From positions 6,882,001 through 6,946,000 of the forward strand of contig NC_092346.1 in the NCBI RefSeq assembly GCF_963676685.1: a DNA stretch of 64,000 bases. Reading direction: 5' to 3'. Positions within the stretch are counted from its first letter, which is position 1. The number at the start of each line of letters is the position of its first letter. The position numbers and the translations under genes were made by a program. Shown here piece after piece: positions 29,550 through 42,346 of the stretch. The notes beneath the pieces are model-generated. The model searched no databases. It was not told where the DNA came from and saw nothing but the letters and a program-made list of their open reading frames with translations. The stretch is from Mytilus edulis (taxonomy: Eukaryota).

Positions 29550-30235
29550 TCTATACTATTAAACGAGAAGACCTCATTTTGTGTGTCGCTTCTCTTTCTT
29601 CCACAATAAATTAAGCATCCTGCCTCTGTGTCCTATAGGTTCAGTGCATAGTCGCATTTGTCATTCATTCTTAAGATTATACAGATCGAGCTATTTTAGG
29701 AGAAAAACGAGAAAAAAGGCATCCGGATATTTTTTTCCGTCATTGGACAAAATTTTAAGTCAAACTAGACATCCGGTTTGCGTTTTTTTTCTGTATACAT
29801 TGAACATATATACATCACGAATAAAGTGTATTTACTATCTGATATCATTTCAAAGTGTTCTATTCACGACGATTACAGATTTTTTTTAAATAGAGACGGT
29901 CTGTTTAATATATCAATGACCGCCGTGGATCGATTAGTAAACTGAGAATTCATAGTGAAAATGCAAAAACACTTTATTTATAGGAATGAATGAACATAAT
30001 ATACAGATAAGCGCTAAATAATCTCCAGTCATAAAATCTTTTACAAAAAGTCATTGATTGTTAAACTGAGAATTGATAGTTGTCCTAATGAATGTTCATG
30101 CATAATATACTATAATGTTCATATTGAAATTAATAGAAAACAAAAAAGAAAATTCTTCTAAAAAATTCTTCCTCCAACACTTCACATACTTTCAACCACG
30201 GTCTGAATGCCCGCGATTTCGCGGGTGTATTCTAG
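29550..30235 (+). mobile_element. Non-autonomous Helitron (686 bp)
   Basis: 5' TCTATACTATTAAA; 3' hairpin CCCGCGA-TT-TCGCGGG (30210-30225) followed by CTAG; inserted between A (29549) and T (30236), no TSD. Confidence 0.85.
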
Positions 30236-30958
30236 TGTACTAGAAAGCTAACGAACCAAATATCTATAGCGGTAAATTTAAGTATCCCTTTGATAATTTT
30301 ACAGACGCCATGAGTTGGTTGACAATTTTGTAATTTAACTTTAAGAGATAGCCACGGATAATTATCAATTGAGCCGTCTTTACAAGAAGTATTCTCGACT
30401 GTGACATCACCGAACGAGAATTATGGCAAAATTGATTAACATGAGGAACATGAAGGATGACACATCTTGATCAGGATCTGCCTACCCTCCGGGAGCACCT
30501 GAGATCGCCCCTGGTTCTTGTGCCTTATAATGTTAGAATGACTAGAATATAACTGAACAATCAATTGTTATTCATACTGCCCTGAAATAATAATTTTCGT
30601 TCATGAAGTCTTTTATTGGGTTTTGAAAAATTACTTACTAATTGTTATACATGTTATATATGCAAAATACACTAAAATATCAGTATATACAGGAATTATA
30701 CCAGAAAGCATCCAATTGACCAGTTCATGCAGACATTAAAATTAATGTATAACTTATTTTTCAGTAAATACATGGTAAATAAACCAGATTTCCAAGTGGT
30801 TTTCTTCATCAGAGGGGCAACAACCAAGATTAAATCAAATTTGAATGTCATGAATTATTGTCATATAGTGAATAACTATGATTTGACAATTAGAATAAAT
30901 ATATTTTGCTTTAGAGAATTCTGTCTAAAATTAGGAAAGAAATAAAAAAGTCTTAACT

Positions 30959-31175
30959 ATGGCATCTCTTTCTGTAGAGGAGGAAAACTATGTTCGAATG
31001 AGTTTGTTATTAACTGGAATTTCTCCTCGTGCAGCAAGAACTTTCTTTGATAGTGAATTTGCTCCAGCATGTTTAGAAGCAACAATAAAAAAGGAGTATA
31101 ACAAATTGCTTGACTTAAAAAAGAAGCATAGAATCAACCAATCACAGTGGAACCTTCTGTGTCCTAGATTTCCCG
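30959..31175 (+). CDS. Exon 1 of HEPN-STAND NTPase-ankyrin gene (N-terminal part of DZIP3-like HEPN region)
   Basis: ATG at 30959, MASLSVEEENYVRMSLLLTGISPRAARTFFDSEF...QWNLLCPRFP; donor G|GTGAGT at 31175/31176, phase 1. Confidence 0.85.
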
Positions 31176-33288
31176 GTGAGTACAGAAATTTTTATTTCAT
31201 AAAACAATGTTTACCTTTCCTAGATTCCCAAAAAGTATACACAAAACTGTGCTTTACATGATGTTTATATATATATTGTTATAGCCAAACCTTCTGTTCC
31301 AAAATACTTGTTATTGCAGATAATTTAAATATCCTTTTTCTAGTATCAGTTTTTGTATACGCCCAATTTCAGAACGCATTTTGGTATACCGTTGTCTTTC
31401 CATGTCAGTCTGTACATGTATGTCCTTCCTTTTATCCGTCCCTTCTTACATCCCGAAATCGGTTTCAGTACTCTAACTTTAGTTAGCCTGAACCAAATGT
31501 AATGAAATTTATACAAAATGCTCATTACCACAACAAAATAGCTCAAGTTTTATTTGAGCTGTCATCCCTTTTATAGTTCTAGATGTATGCCCCTTTACCC
31601 TCTCTAACCTTAGTTTGCCTCAACCAAATGCTATTAAAATTATGCACAAAGCTTAGAACAACAAAATACAGATCAAGATTGAATTTTGGTGGCATCACTT
31701 TTACTATTTATTTAGAGTTATTGCTGAATTTTGAGTTTCTGTTCTCTAACTTTAGTTTGTCTCATCAAAATGACAGACAATTTAGACACAATGCTTATAA
31801 CTTAAAAACACAAAGCATGTTTGAATTTTGGTGGTGTTACTTTTACATTTCTAGAGTTAACGTTATGTTTAAGTTGACAAAAAGATATATGAGTAAACTA
31901 AATAGAAGTTTTTTTAAAAAGTTTTATTCTGGAGTGATGAATTTTACATCCCAAATAGGGCAACATTTTACAAAATCGTACAGATTTCAACCAAATAAAC
32001 GCATCTATGGAAACAAAGTGTGCAGGGGTTGACAAACTAAATATTTGTGCAAGATATGTAAAATGCCATAACAAAGATTATGCTAAAAGTTTTTCTTAGT
32101 GGTCGCCTGCTCTCTATATGTTTCCTATCCGATGCAAGAAAGTAATGGTAATTAATCCATTTTCATTTAATTTTCGTCTATAAAATTCAAAATGAGTGCT
32201 ATTAATGTGACGTCATGAACAAAGTGAACTATGTAAAATTTCAACAACCAAAAATTTGATATTGTCATCGTACAAGCAATGATTTATTTTTGCATTGGTT
32301 AACTAATCCTGATTTTGAATTTTTGCCAGAAATTGGGGCCATTTTAGGACTTCATCCAACATACTCCTTTTGCTGTATCTCTAAGCTTTTTCAAATGAAA
32401 GTATGTTTAAAATTAAGATATAGTTTTTCATGCCCTTGCTGAATTGTTCATTTCCGTTTTCTAACTTACATGTAAGTTAGCCTCAACCAAATCTAATGAA
32501 ACTTATTCACAATGCTTAGTCACCACAAAATACATATCAAGTTTGAATTTTGGCAGTGTCACTTTTACCATTCTAGAGTTATGATTTGATGATTTTTTTC
32601 ATTTCTGTTCTATAACTTAAGTTAGCCTCAACCAAATGCTATTATGAAACTTATACACAATGCCTATTTCCACAAAATACAGATCAAGTTCGAATTTTGG
32701 GAGTGTCACTTTTATTGTTCAAGAATTATGCTCTTTATAAATGGAAAAAATTGCTGGATTTTCGTTTTTATTTTCATGGTTCTCTAACTTAAGCTTTCCT
32801 CAACCAAATGTTTAAAACTTAAACATAATACTTATTTCCACAAAACTCAGATCAAGTTCAAATTTTGGTAGAGTCACTTTTACCATTCTTCGGTTATGTC
32901 CCTTTATAACTTTATATGATATGCAAGCAAGGGCATCATCTTTGTTCTGTGGACACATTCCCACTTTGTTTCACAATTGTCTGTAATAACATTATTTATA
33001 GCTAGAACCTATAAATCTCCCTCCCCCTCCTCAAGTCACACTTAGCTGAATATGATACGAAAAGGGAAACACAAATTGTGCTAGCTTATCAATTGCAAGA
33101 ATCATGAAACCATGTTGCAATATTCCGTAATAAGCAATAAAAGTTAAAAAAAAAAATGGCAAAGAATTCAAATGAAATAGTAGCAGCTTTGTTCAAATTT
33201 TTGTTCCTGGCTTTTACAGAGGGTAAACATGTTTGTGAGCATGGTGAGTCCCGGTTATCCGCCTCTGACTAATGGTATTACATGGTAC

Positions 33289-34090
33289 TTTTTAGCTCAC
33301 CTGTCCTTAAAGGGCCAAGTGAGCTTTTCACATCACTTGGCTTCCGTCGTTGTCGTCGTTAACTTTTACAGAAATCTTCTCCTCTGAAACTACTGGGCCA
33401 AATTTAAATAAATTTGTCCACAGTCATCATTGGGGTATGTAGTTTTAAAAATGTGTCTGGTGACCCGACCAACCAAACCAAGATGGCCGTTAGGGCTAAA
33501 AATAGAACATAGGGGTAAAATGTAGATTTTTGCTTGTATCTCTGAAACCAAAGGCATTTAGAGCAAATCTGACACGGGATTAATAGTTTATCAGGTCAAT
33601 ATCTATCTATCAGCCCTGAAATTTTCAGATCAATCGGACAACCTGTTGTTGGGTTGTTGCCCCTGAATTGGTAATTTATAGGAAATTTTACAGTTTTTGG
33701 TTATTATCTTGAATACTATTATAGATCATTGTAGATAGAGATAAACTGTAGACAGCAATAATGTTCAGCAAAGTAAGATTTACAAATAAGTCAGCATGAC
33801 CAAAATAGTCAGTTGACCCCTTAAGGTGTTATTGCCCTTTATAATCAATTTTTAACAATTTTTCGTAAATTTTGTAACTTTTTACACAACACATTTTCCT
33901 CTGTAACTACTGGGCTAAGTTCATTATAGATAAAGATAATTGTAAGCAGCAAGAATTTCAGTAAAGTAAGATCTACAAACACATCACCATCATGGAAACA
34001 AAGTTTTGTGATAAACCCATCTGTGTCCTTTGTTCAATATGCACATAGACCAAGGTGAGCGGCACAGGCTCTTTAGAGCCTCTAGTTTTT
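33289..34090 (+). mobile_element. Helentron/HINE (DINE-1-like) non-autonomous element in intron 1
   Basis: T-run ends; subterminal inverted repeat GCTCACCT/AGGTGAGC; 3' hairpin AGGCTCTTTAGAGCCT; gtc microsatellite near the 5' end. Confidence 0.65.
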
Positions 34091-34288
34091 CGAAACTACT
34101 AAATTTATGTTCCTTTGAATCACTTATTTACAACTGTAATCAATGAACATGATGGACTCACTATACAATTTTTAGGTAAGACTATTTCCAAGTACAATGA
34201 AGTATTGATTTGGCTAAAAATGTATTAATAAACAAACTTGCTATTTGCTTTTACTTTTATAATCTTTATTATATAATGTATTTTCTAG

Positions 34289-34518
34289 ATGTACCAGATT
34301 CTAAAACATTCGACGTAACTTTGATGATACTGTTACTGAGGAATTTGACTCCAATCACCCCTCCTCTTTGTGGGTTTGACAGTTTACCTTCTGCAATAGA
34401 AACCACACCAGCTGCAGACTTAGCAAGGATCAAATACTACAGGAATCACCTGGCTCATTTAGATGATGGCAAACTAGACACAGGGTTCTTCAATACTGCT
34501 TGGAATGATATAACTTGT
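34289..34518 (+). CDS. Exon 2: DZIP3/hRUL138-like HEPN core
   Basis: Acceptor ttttctag|AT completes GAT (phase 1); DVPDSKTFDVTLMILLLRNL...ADLARIKYYRNHLAH contains an R-x4-H HEPN motif; donor TGT|GTAAGT, phase 0. Confidence 0.88.
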
Positions 34519-35749
34519 GTAAGTATCTATATCAAGGTTCATGTAACTAATTGTAGGTCACCTGTCAGTAGATATTTAAAACCAAATTACAAGAAACCAA
34601 ATAGAACTAATTTGCCTTAAACACACTTATGAAATTTATTTTATAGAAAATATATGATTTTGATTTTTGTGGCGCCTGCAACTTTGGTCGCGGAAAATGA
34701 GACACAAGGACTGCTTTTAGGATGACTTCGTCAACAATTGTAAGTTTTCTGCTAAAGTTAGTTTGAAAGGAAATACTTGTGATAGATCATTAATATTTCA
34801 TGTAAAGATGCATTACTATCAGTACACATCAGTTTAACCACTATTTTGAGGCCCCGTCTCCTACTAAGGTCATGGTCTAATGGCTTTGAATTAATTAGAA
34901 ATTAGGTTAATTTGTTTGCTTAACTTAGCTCGATAGGATCTACTTGTGATAAATCAATGGTATCTTGTATGAAGTTGCATTACTATCTGTTCAGGTCAGT
35001 TTGACAACTATTTTGAGGCCCTCTCCCCTAGGTTTCAATAACTTATGAATATTTCAATATTTAGTTTTCTGCTTAAGTTTGTTAAATAGGATCAACTTGT
35101 GATAGAACAATAATATTTTGTAAGAAGTCATATTTTTATCAGTTCATATCAGTTTGACGACTATTTTGGGCACTGTCCCCTTGAACATCATGGACATGGT
35201 CCAGTGACTTTGAATAAATCAGCATTTTTCATGTGGTAGATTATTGATTTTTTATGTAAAGTTGCATTACTATCAGTGCATATCAGTTTGACGACTATCA
35301 TGAGGCTCTGCCCCCAAGGTCATGGTCCAGGAACTTTGAATACTTTACCAATCTTCATTGTTCAGGTTTCTGCTTTGACAGGATCAACTTGTGATAGATC
35401 TATGATATTTTGTAGGAAATCAAATTCAGATAGAGAGGAACTACTTACTATGATTTTTTGTAAAACATTACATTACTGTCTGTACATCTCAGTTTGTGTC
35501 CATAATTTATTATTGTCTCACCTGCAACCGAATTTGCAGAATGCAAGACCAAAGGATGCATATTTTGGTGCATTCGCTTTTGCCACAACAGCAGCAGCCT
35601 TATTAACATGATTAACCAATTTAAAAAAAATGTAAACTTTTATGTCAATATCTTGCTTATTATGCATGTTATGAGGAAAAGGATAGACATGCTGTCAAAC
35701 CAAGATACGTCAATGTGACAAAAAAAAACATTTGACTCATCTGATATAA

Positions 35750-36790
35750 ATAAGAAGATGTGGTATGATTGCCAAATGAGACAACTCTCCACAAGATACC
35801 AAATGAAACAAAAATTAACAACTATAGGTCACTGTACGATACTCGCACCCGCAAAGTGGAAAGGGATTAATATAAGTTGCAAAACTTGTTTCCCAATCCA
35901 CTATAAATAAATATGTTTAAACTAAACTGTACAGAATTCATCAATGAGTAAAACCCATACCGCATATTAAGCTATTAAAGACCCCGAAATGACAATGTGA
36001 AACAATTCCACATGTTCGAATGAGAAAACTAAAGGCCTAATTTATGTATAAAAAATGAATGAAATACAATAGTTATCAAAGGTACCAGGATTATAATTTA
36101 GTACGCCAGACGCGCGTTTCCTCTACATAAGACTCATCAGTGCGCTCATATCAATATATTTATAAAGCCAAACAAGTACAAAGTTGAAGAGCATTGAGGA
36201 TCCAAATTCCAAAAAGTTGTGCCAATTACGGCTAAGGAAATCTATGCCTGGGATAAGAAAATAACAAATATCTAACACATACAAACAAACGACTACCACT
36301 GAATTACAATCTCCTGACTTGGGACAGGCACATACATAGAGAATGTGGCGGGGTTTACATGTTAGCAGGTTCCCCATCCTCGACCTAACCTGAGACAGTG
36401 GTATAACAGTACAACATAAGAACGATTATAAAAACCTTAATAAGTCAATGTGACAAAAAAAACATTTGACCCAACTGATGTCAATATGAAGATGTGGTAT
36501 GATTGCATATGAGACAACTCTCCTCTAGAGACCAAATGACACAGAAATTAACAGCTATAGGTCACCCTTCGGTCTTCAACAATGAACAAATTCCCTACCA
36601 AATATTCAGCTATAAAAAATCTCAAAATCACAAATGTAAAACATTTCAAAAGAAAAACAAATATGTTTCACACAAACAAATGACAACCACTGAATAACAG
36701 GGTCCTGACTTGGGACAGGCACATACATACAGAAAGTGGTGGGGTTAAACGTTATGTTAGCCAGATCCCAACCCTCCCTATAACCCTAAA
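35750..36790 (+). repeat. Abundant short interspersed repeat family (aagatgtggtatgattgcc..gagacaactctcc / cctgacttgggacaggc)
   Basis: Two copies here; related copies at 5420-5670 (-), 45300-45480 (-), 38240-38510 (+), 47485-47860 (+). Confidence 0.7.
36103..36146 (-). ncRNA. Minimal type I hammerhead ribozyme motif, partly degenerate, in an interspersed repeat
   Basis: Minus strand: gcgca-CTGATGA-gtcttatgtagag-GAAAC-gcgc-GTC-tggcgt. Confidence 0.6.
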
Positions 36791-37192
36791 CAGTTTTGAA
36801 TTTTTATATTGGTGGTGTCACTTTAAATTTTTTGCTGGATTGCTCACTTTTTCATTCTAACTGATCTTGAGTTATGCATATTAAGAACTGGAAAAAAATC
36901 TTTCGTCAGCTCTTTTACTGTTGTATGCACTGACTAAACATTTCATTTCCATGCTCAAAAGTTTAAATGAGATATTAGAATATGACCTTGACCTCATTTT
37001 CACCATGGACTTTTAATCAATAGACACTAAATCTCTTTCATTTACCTTTTTCATTTATGTTTAAGATATGCCATATATTACTGGTTTGTTATTTTGTTTC
37101 GGAGTAATGCAAGAATTAGGCAGACCCGTTTTTGAACCTGCAAGCTTTATTGTAGTCATTTACAGTAATAAGTATCATCCTTTATTTTGCAG

Positions 37193-37487
37193 GCTGTTGA
37201 TAGATTGGGTGGGCAGCAAACGAAGCAGGAGTGTGATCATCTCAAAACAAAACCATTAGATCAAACCAACCAAGAAATAATGATGGACATAAAACATTCC
37301 AATAATGAAATCCGGGAACTAAAAGAATCATTTAAAAGTTTGATAATATCGCATGAATTACTGCAAAAACACCATGCTGAAGTGAAGAAATCCCATGAGA
37401 CATTACAGGATGACCATAGGAAAGTAACACAAGAAATGGAAACAATAAAAACTTCACAGAAGGATACTGTACCATGGAATATAAGAG
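37193..37487 (+). CDS. Exon 3: end of HEPN region plus coiled coil
   Basis: Acceptor ttttgcag|GCT (phase 0); AVDRLGG...NNEIRELKESFKSL...KVTQEMETIK heptad-like; donor AGAG|GTAAAC, phase 1. Confidence 0.85.
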
Positions 37488-39420
37488 GTAAACAGTTTGA
37501 AGGGACTTGGGGTACATCTTCTCAATATATTTTGTGGGATTTCTGGTTGGTAAGAGGTAGAAACCTTTGGATTTTTAAATTAATCATAATGTCAAATCAG
37601 GCAATTTAGTTTATATTGCGTCAGCTTTTTGAGACTGTTTATACCTTTATGGTTGAGTCTATGGATTTTTTTTGGAAAAAAAAGTTTGTTTCCAGTTTTT
37701 AGAGAAAAAAAAATAATTTGTTGTTTTCACCCTCAGCCGCCACTATATGTAGTGCTAAAATTAAAAGAAAAAATTGTTTTCAACTTTTTGCCAAAAGGTA
37801 GATTTTTTTTCGCCAGAGGCAGAAAAAAAATTTGTCTGGGAAAATAAACAAAGCCCCCCCCCCCCCCCTTCCGAAAAAATCAAATGGTTGCTGCCTTATG
37901 TTAACATTATTTTTACCCTCTGGTTGTTCAGTTAAATTTTCAGATATATATACTTGTTAGCAAGTGTTATGTCACAACCTAACCTTCAACAGTTTTGTAA
38001 TATTACAAAGTAATAACAACCTGTAAACAAATATTTGAAAATGAGTTGATTCATTGTATTGGTATTATCCACAAATACAAATTGGCATAAGACACAGTAT
38101 TACTAATCTGAGAGTAGTCAAAATTTATGAAAGCCCTCTCAAAGAATTAAAAATGATGCTCCCTAGACATATAACACACACGAAATCTAATAATAGTTAT
38201 TGACTGTATATATGACCATACAGGATTTTAATTAGATAGTAATAAAATTGAGAATGGAAATGTGGAATGTGTCAAAGAGACGACATTGACCATAGAACAG
38301 ACAACAGCAGAAGGTCACCAATAGGTCTTCAATGCAGCGAGAAACTCCCACACCTGGAGCGTCCTTCAGCTGGTCCCTTTACAAATATCTATACTAGTTC
38401 AGTGATAATGGACGTCATACTTAACTCCGAATTATACACAAGAAACTAAAATTTAAAATTATACAAGACTAACAAAGGCCAGAGGGTCCTGACTTGGGAC
38501 AGGCGCAAAAATGCATATTTATACATGTTTTAATGTATTGATAACAACACAAATGAAGTACTGAATAATACAGTATTCAAATATCTTAATCGTGTCAGTT
38601 AATTAACAGCCTTTCAGAAAAAGTTGATTAAATGGCTAACAAAAACACAAAAGACACAATGTACAGATCTGAACAAGGATTTGTATAGTGAGAAGGATTG
38701 GAATCTCGCGGTATCTCATTAGTTCTCGCGTATCGTGAGAAGTCGTAAACTCGCCACTTATACCATGATACTCGCTTGTATTGTAAATATCCGGTTTTAT
38801 CGCTTGGTTAACAACGTTATGAAAATACACATGGTAAGCTACGATCTTACGATCTTTTTACGATATTAGTTTTGTGTAGACTTACCGATAAAACAATTCT
38901 TATTTCTCTTAAATTACAAAGCGATAATTACCTAAATAGATCAAAAGGAAAAGTTGGCGTTTATAAAGTTTGTTTGTGAAATTTTCGTATTAAAATTAAA
39001 TTAAGTTTGTAAATTTGATATTCATCCCGGAAAAAGATAAAAAATATTGAGTTTTCCCCCTCATGTGACCGCAGTTTTGGTAGTCATTTATTATCTTCAT
39101 AATAATCATTTACTCAAAGAGGAAGATGAAATAATTATTTGATTGTCACAGCTTGTTGTTTGACTTTCTGTTTTTTTAAATAGTTCTTTGTTTTTTATTA
39201 ATTATGCAAGGAACTGTTTGTAATTGAAATATACTTTTGTGGTGATTAGATTAATTAGTGAAGAATATATATAATTAAATAAATTACAACCTTTAATCTC
39301 AAAACATAACATTTAATTTAAAAAAAAATCAAGATGATTAATTAAATGAAGTCTTTGATCTCAGTATCAGAACAAGCTTAGATATATTATAAAATGGAAT
39401 ATTTAGTTATCAACTTTCAG

Positions 39421-40683
39421 TTCAAATTATTATTCAATGTTACAACCATGTCAGATTTTTTATCCTGGGACCAAGATATTGACCTTGATCTTTTGTTAGG
39501 TGAATATACTGAGTATGATCCAGAACCCAGTGACAGTGATGAAGAATGTTACATTGCCAAAAAGAAAAAGTCTGAACCTGTACCAGATACATGTATTAAA
39601 CCTTCATACACTTGTCCTGTTTGCAAAAAGACTCTGAAAACAATTTCAGGCTTCCGTGGTCATGTCCAGAAACAACATGGACAGAATTTGAGAGCAACAG
39701 ACCATCGCACACATGCAGATAGTAAACTACCTAGCACAGTCCGTGACGCCTTAAATGAAAGTTCATTTGCTGAAATATTCCCTACAGCTTTGCAGTCCAG
39801 TTTGTCCAACATTGCTAATGATCCATTTACCATCAATGACAGCATAACAGACATTTGCAAATTTGTGAGCAATTCAGCAGTAGTGCAAGACATTTTGTTG
39901 AAATATTTTCAGCCGATATTTGTTGAAACTACAATCAACATATCTTCCTCATGTGACAAAGAGCAAATGTTTCGCCGTTTACACATAAGTAGAGTAAAGC
40001 CAGAATTGACAAACACTTTTCACTCGCATTGTCCATCTCACTCATTGAACCATACCAACTTATTCCTACAGATGGTACATGAGGATATTGTTGGTGAAAT
40101 TTTTAAAGTTCAAACAATGACAGCTGTTCAGAAATCAACATCAAATCAGGAAAAGTTAACAGAAAATGACCAAAGCATTCTGTATTATATTGCTGGTTAC
40201 ACCATTCGTGCCCTACAGAAGAGATACACCAGGTACTCTACTAAGAAGTTGTCCGTCATAAATAAATTTACAGACAATTCTTCAGGTGTTAACTTTGTGA
40301 AACAATATGACAAGTGGTATAAGACACAAGACCGTGGTGGCCTTCAGAAACCATCAGATTCCCTGTTCTTATTAATCCGTGAATTAGAGACAATTATTCG
40401 CAAAACAGTTGAACCTTCATATAGTGCTAGTTCGCTTCTTATTGATCCTTTAAAAGAAGCTATGATGGAAGGGTTCATGGTAAAACATTATTGTGACATT
40501 CTTATGCAAGGTGAAACTGCAGATATTGTGTCAGCTATAACTGAAGACATCATTCATTTGTTTTTAACCATCCGTGGCTTTGCTGTTACTCGTATAGAAC
40601 GCAATAAACTGACCAAGAAAGCAAAATCTCAACCCTCATCCAGTCTAAGACAAGCCTTAAAGGAGAAATCTTTAAACTGTTGA
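39421..40683 (+). CDS. Second transposon gene: C2H2 zinc finger plus P-transposase C-terminal-domain-like region
   Basis: Intact ORF; YTCPVCKKTLKTISGFRGHVQKQH (C2H2); LYYIAGYTIRAL...DRGGLQKPS...IRELE. Acceptor actttcag at 39420; a candidate upstream exon ends ATG|GTAAGC at 38833/38834 in frame; alternative start ATG at 39448. Confidence 0.82.
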   Translation, partial: FKLLFNVTTMSDFLSWDQDIDLDLLLGEYTEYDPEPSDSDEECYIAKKKKSEPVPDTCIKPSYTCPVCKKTLKTISGFRGHVQKQHGQNLRATDHRTHADSKLPSTVRDALNESSFAEIFPTALQSSLSNIANDPFTINDSITDICKFVSNSAVVQDILLKYFQPIFVETTINISSSCDKEQMFRRLHISRVKPELTNTFHSHCPSHSLNHTNLFLQMVHEDIVGEIFKVQTMTAVQKSTSNQEKLTENDQSILYYIAGYTIRALQKRYTRYSTKKLSVINKFTDNSSGVNFVKQYDKWYKTQDRGGLQKPSDSLFLLIRELETIIRKTVEPSYSASSLLIDPLKEAMMEGFMVKHYCDILMQGETADIVSAITEDIIHLFLTIRGFAVTRIERNKLTKKAKSQPSSSLRQALKEKSLNC

Positions 40684-42346
40684 CACTGTGACATTTAGTT
40701 TTGTTCTGTTCATACATGAAATATAATTATTTAAATTGTTTCCACATGATCTTGATGTAACTGTTGTATGAATATTTAAAAAGAGTGAAATGTGTAAATG
40801 TCTTTTTATTTATTGTCTTTCATAACACTGCTTTACAACTACTACTGAAAGAAAATTTAGCTGCAATCCAACTACAAAACTTATCTCATACGGCCTACAC
40901 TAAACAGGAACAATATAAGGTCTTCAACAAATGAGGGACGAAATGAATTTATTTGTATCCACGACAACCATCAATATTCTGTCAATATAAGATAATAAAT
41001 AAGAACAATTGTGGTACTTAAACCTAGCACATCAGGAGCAAAACAAAGAAATATGACAAATATAAATACAATTTTGGTGTCAGAACATTGAACTCTGGTG
41101 GATAGTTGTCTCATTGGCATTCATACAACTCTTATTTATATATCCTTGTCCCTTGGATTCTTGTCTCATTGGGAATCATGTATCATTTCTTATGACGACC
41201 ACAGCAAAACACAGGAACTCATGAACATGAATTGAACACTACTAAAGTATCAGGGACACATACAATTATATGTACATGTATGTAAATTTATCCAGGATAG
41301 CTTTTAATAATAGAGATTTGTTCTTGCTGAAAGTTTTATTTTCACACAACAAAATTCACAATATCAAATTATAAATCAAGCATGTGACAAACATTGAACG
41401 TTTTCTAACTCTCTCAATTTCTACACATTCATATAACAATGAAAAAATTTTGTACAAATATAGATTGGCGCAATAAAAAAAACAACATCATATATTACAC
41501 GTTATACACAATTTATTTCACATATTTTTTGTTTCAAAAACTACATACCTTAATTACCTTTTTAGACAGAACCATGCGAGAGAAAAAACACTTCACTAAT
41601 AAGCATGTTTAAAAAAAAAGTGTTGAATATTTGTTCCTGTATCTTTGAAATTAACATTGAAAAGTTAGAAATAATTAATTATCAAATGCATAAAGATTTA
41701 TGAATTACTATTTACTGTATTGAGTATTGTATCTGGTCCAAAAACAAAAAATCTTTCATATAAGGTAAATATTATGATGACAAACATGACAACATGAAAT
41801 ACATGTAGGAACACAACAAATAATCACAGACAGTGTTGTCTCAAATTTGCACACACAAGATACATGTACAACATTGTACAATGCATGTTAGTAAAAAATT
41901 TCCATACCCCACCAGACAAAGAAAAACTCTATCAAATGCAAGGACTCAACTAAAATTCAAAACTTCGTCTATTTTTATAACTTTTTAGTGAACCCAATTA
42001 CTGAGAACAAAAAAATAAATATTGAAAATTGCACCCTTACAAATGTTTTCTCAATTTCATAAGCATCAACCTGACCAATGGTTAACTAAGACTATTTTTA
42101 GTTTAAGTACTATAAAGGATACCTGCAATCATACGTGTACAATTGTACATACATGTATGTACCATATGCATGTGTACATTTCACCTTTCAAGTTTACATG
42201 AAAATGTTTACAAACTACCAAACACTCATATACTGCTATTAGAATTGCATAAATAATACATTATTTGGAAATAAATACATATGACAAGTATACATCATGT
42301 ACATGTAAATTAAACTTGTACAAAAAGACTTCCTGCATTATTTACA

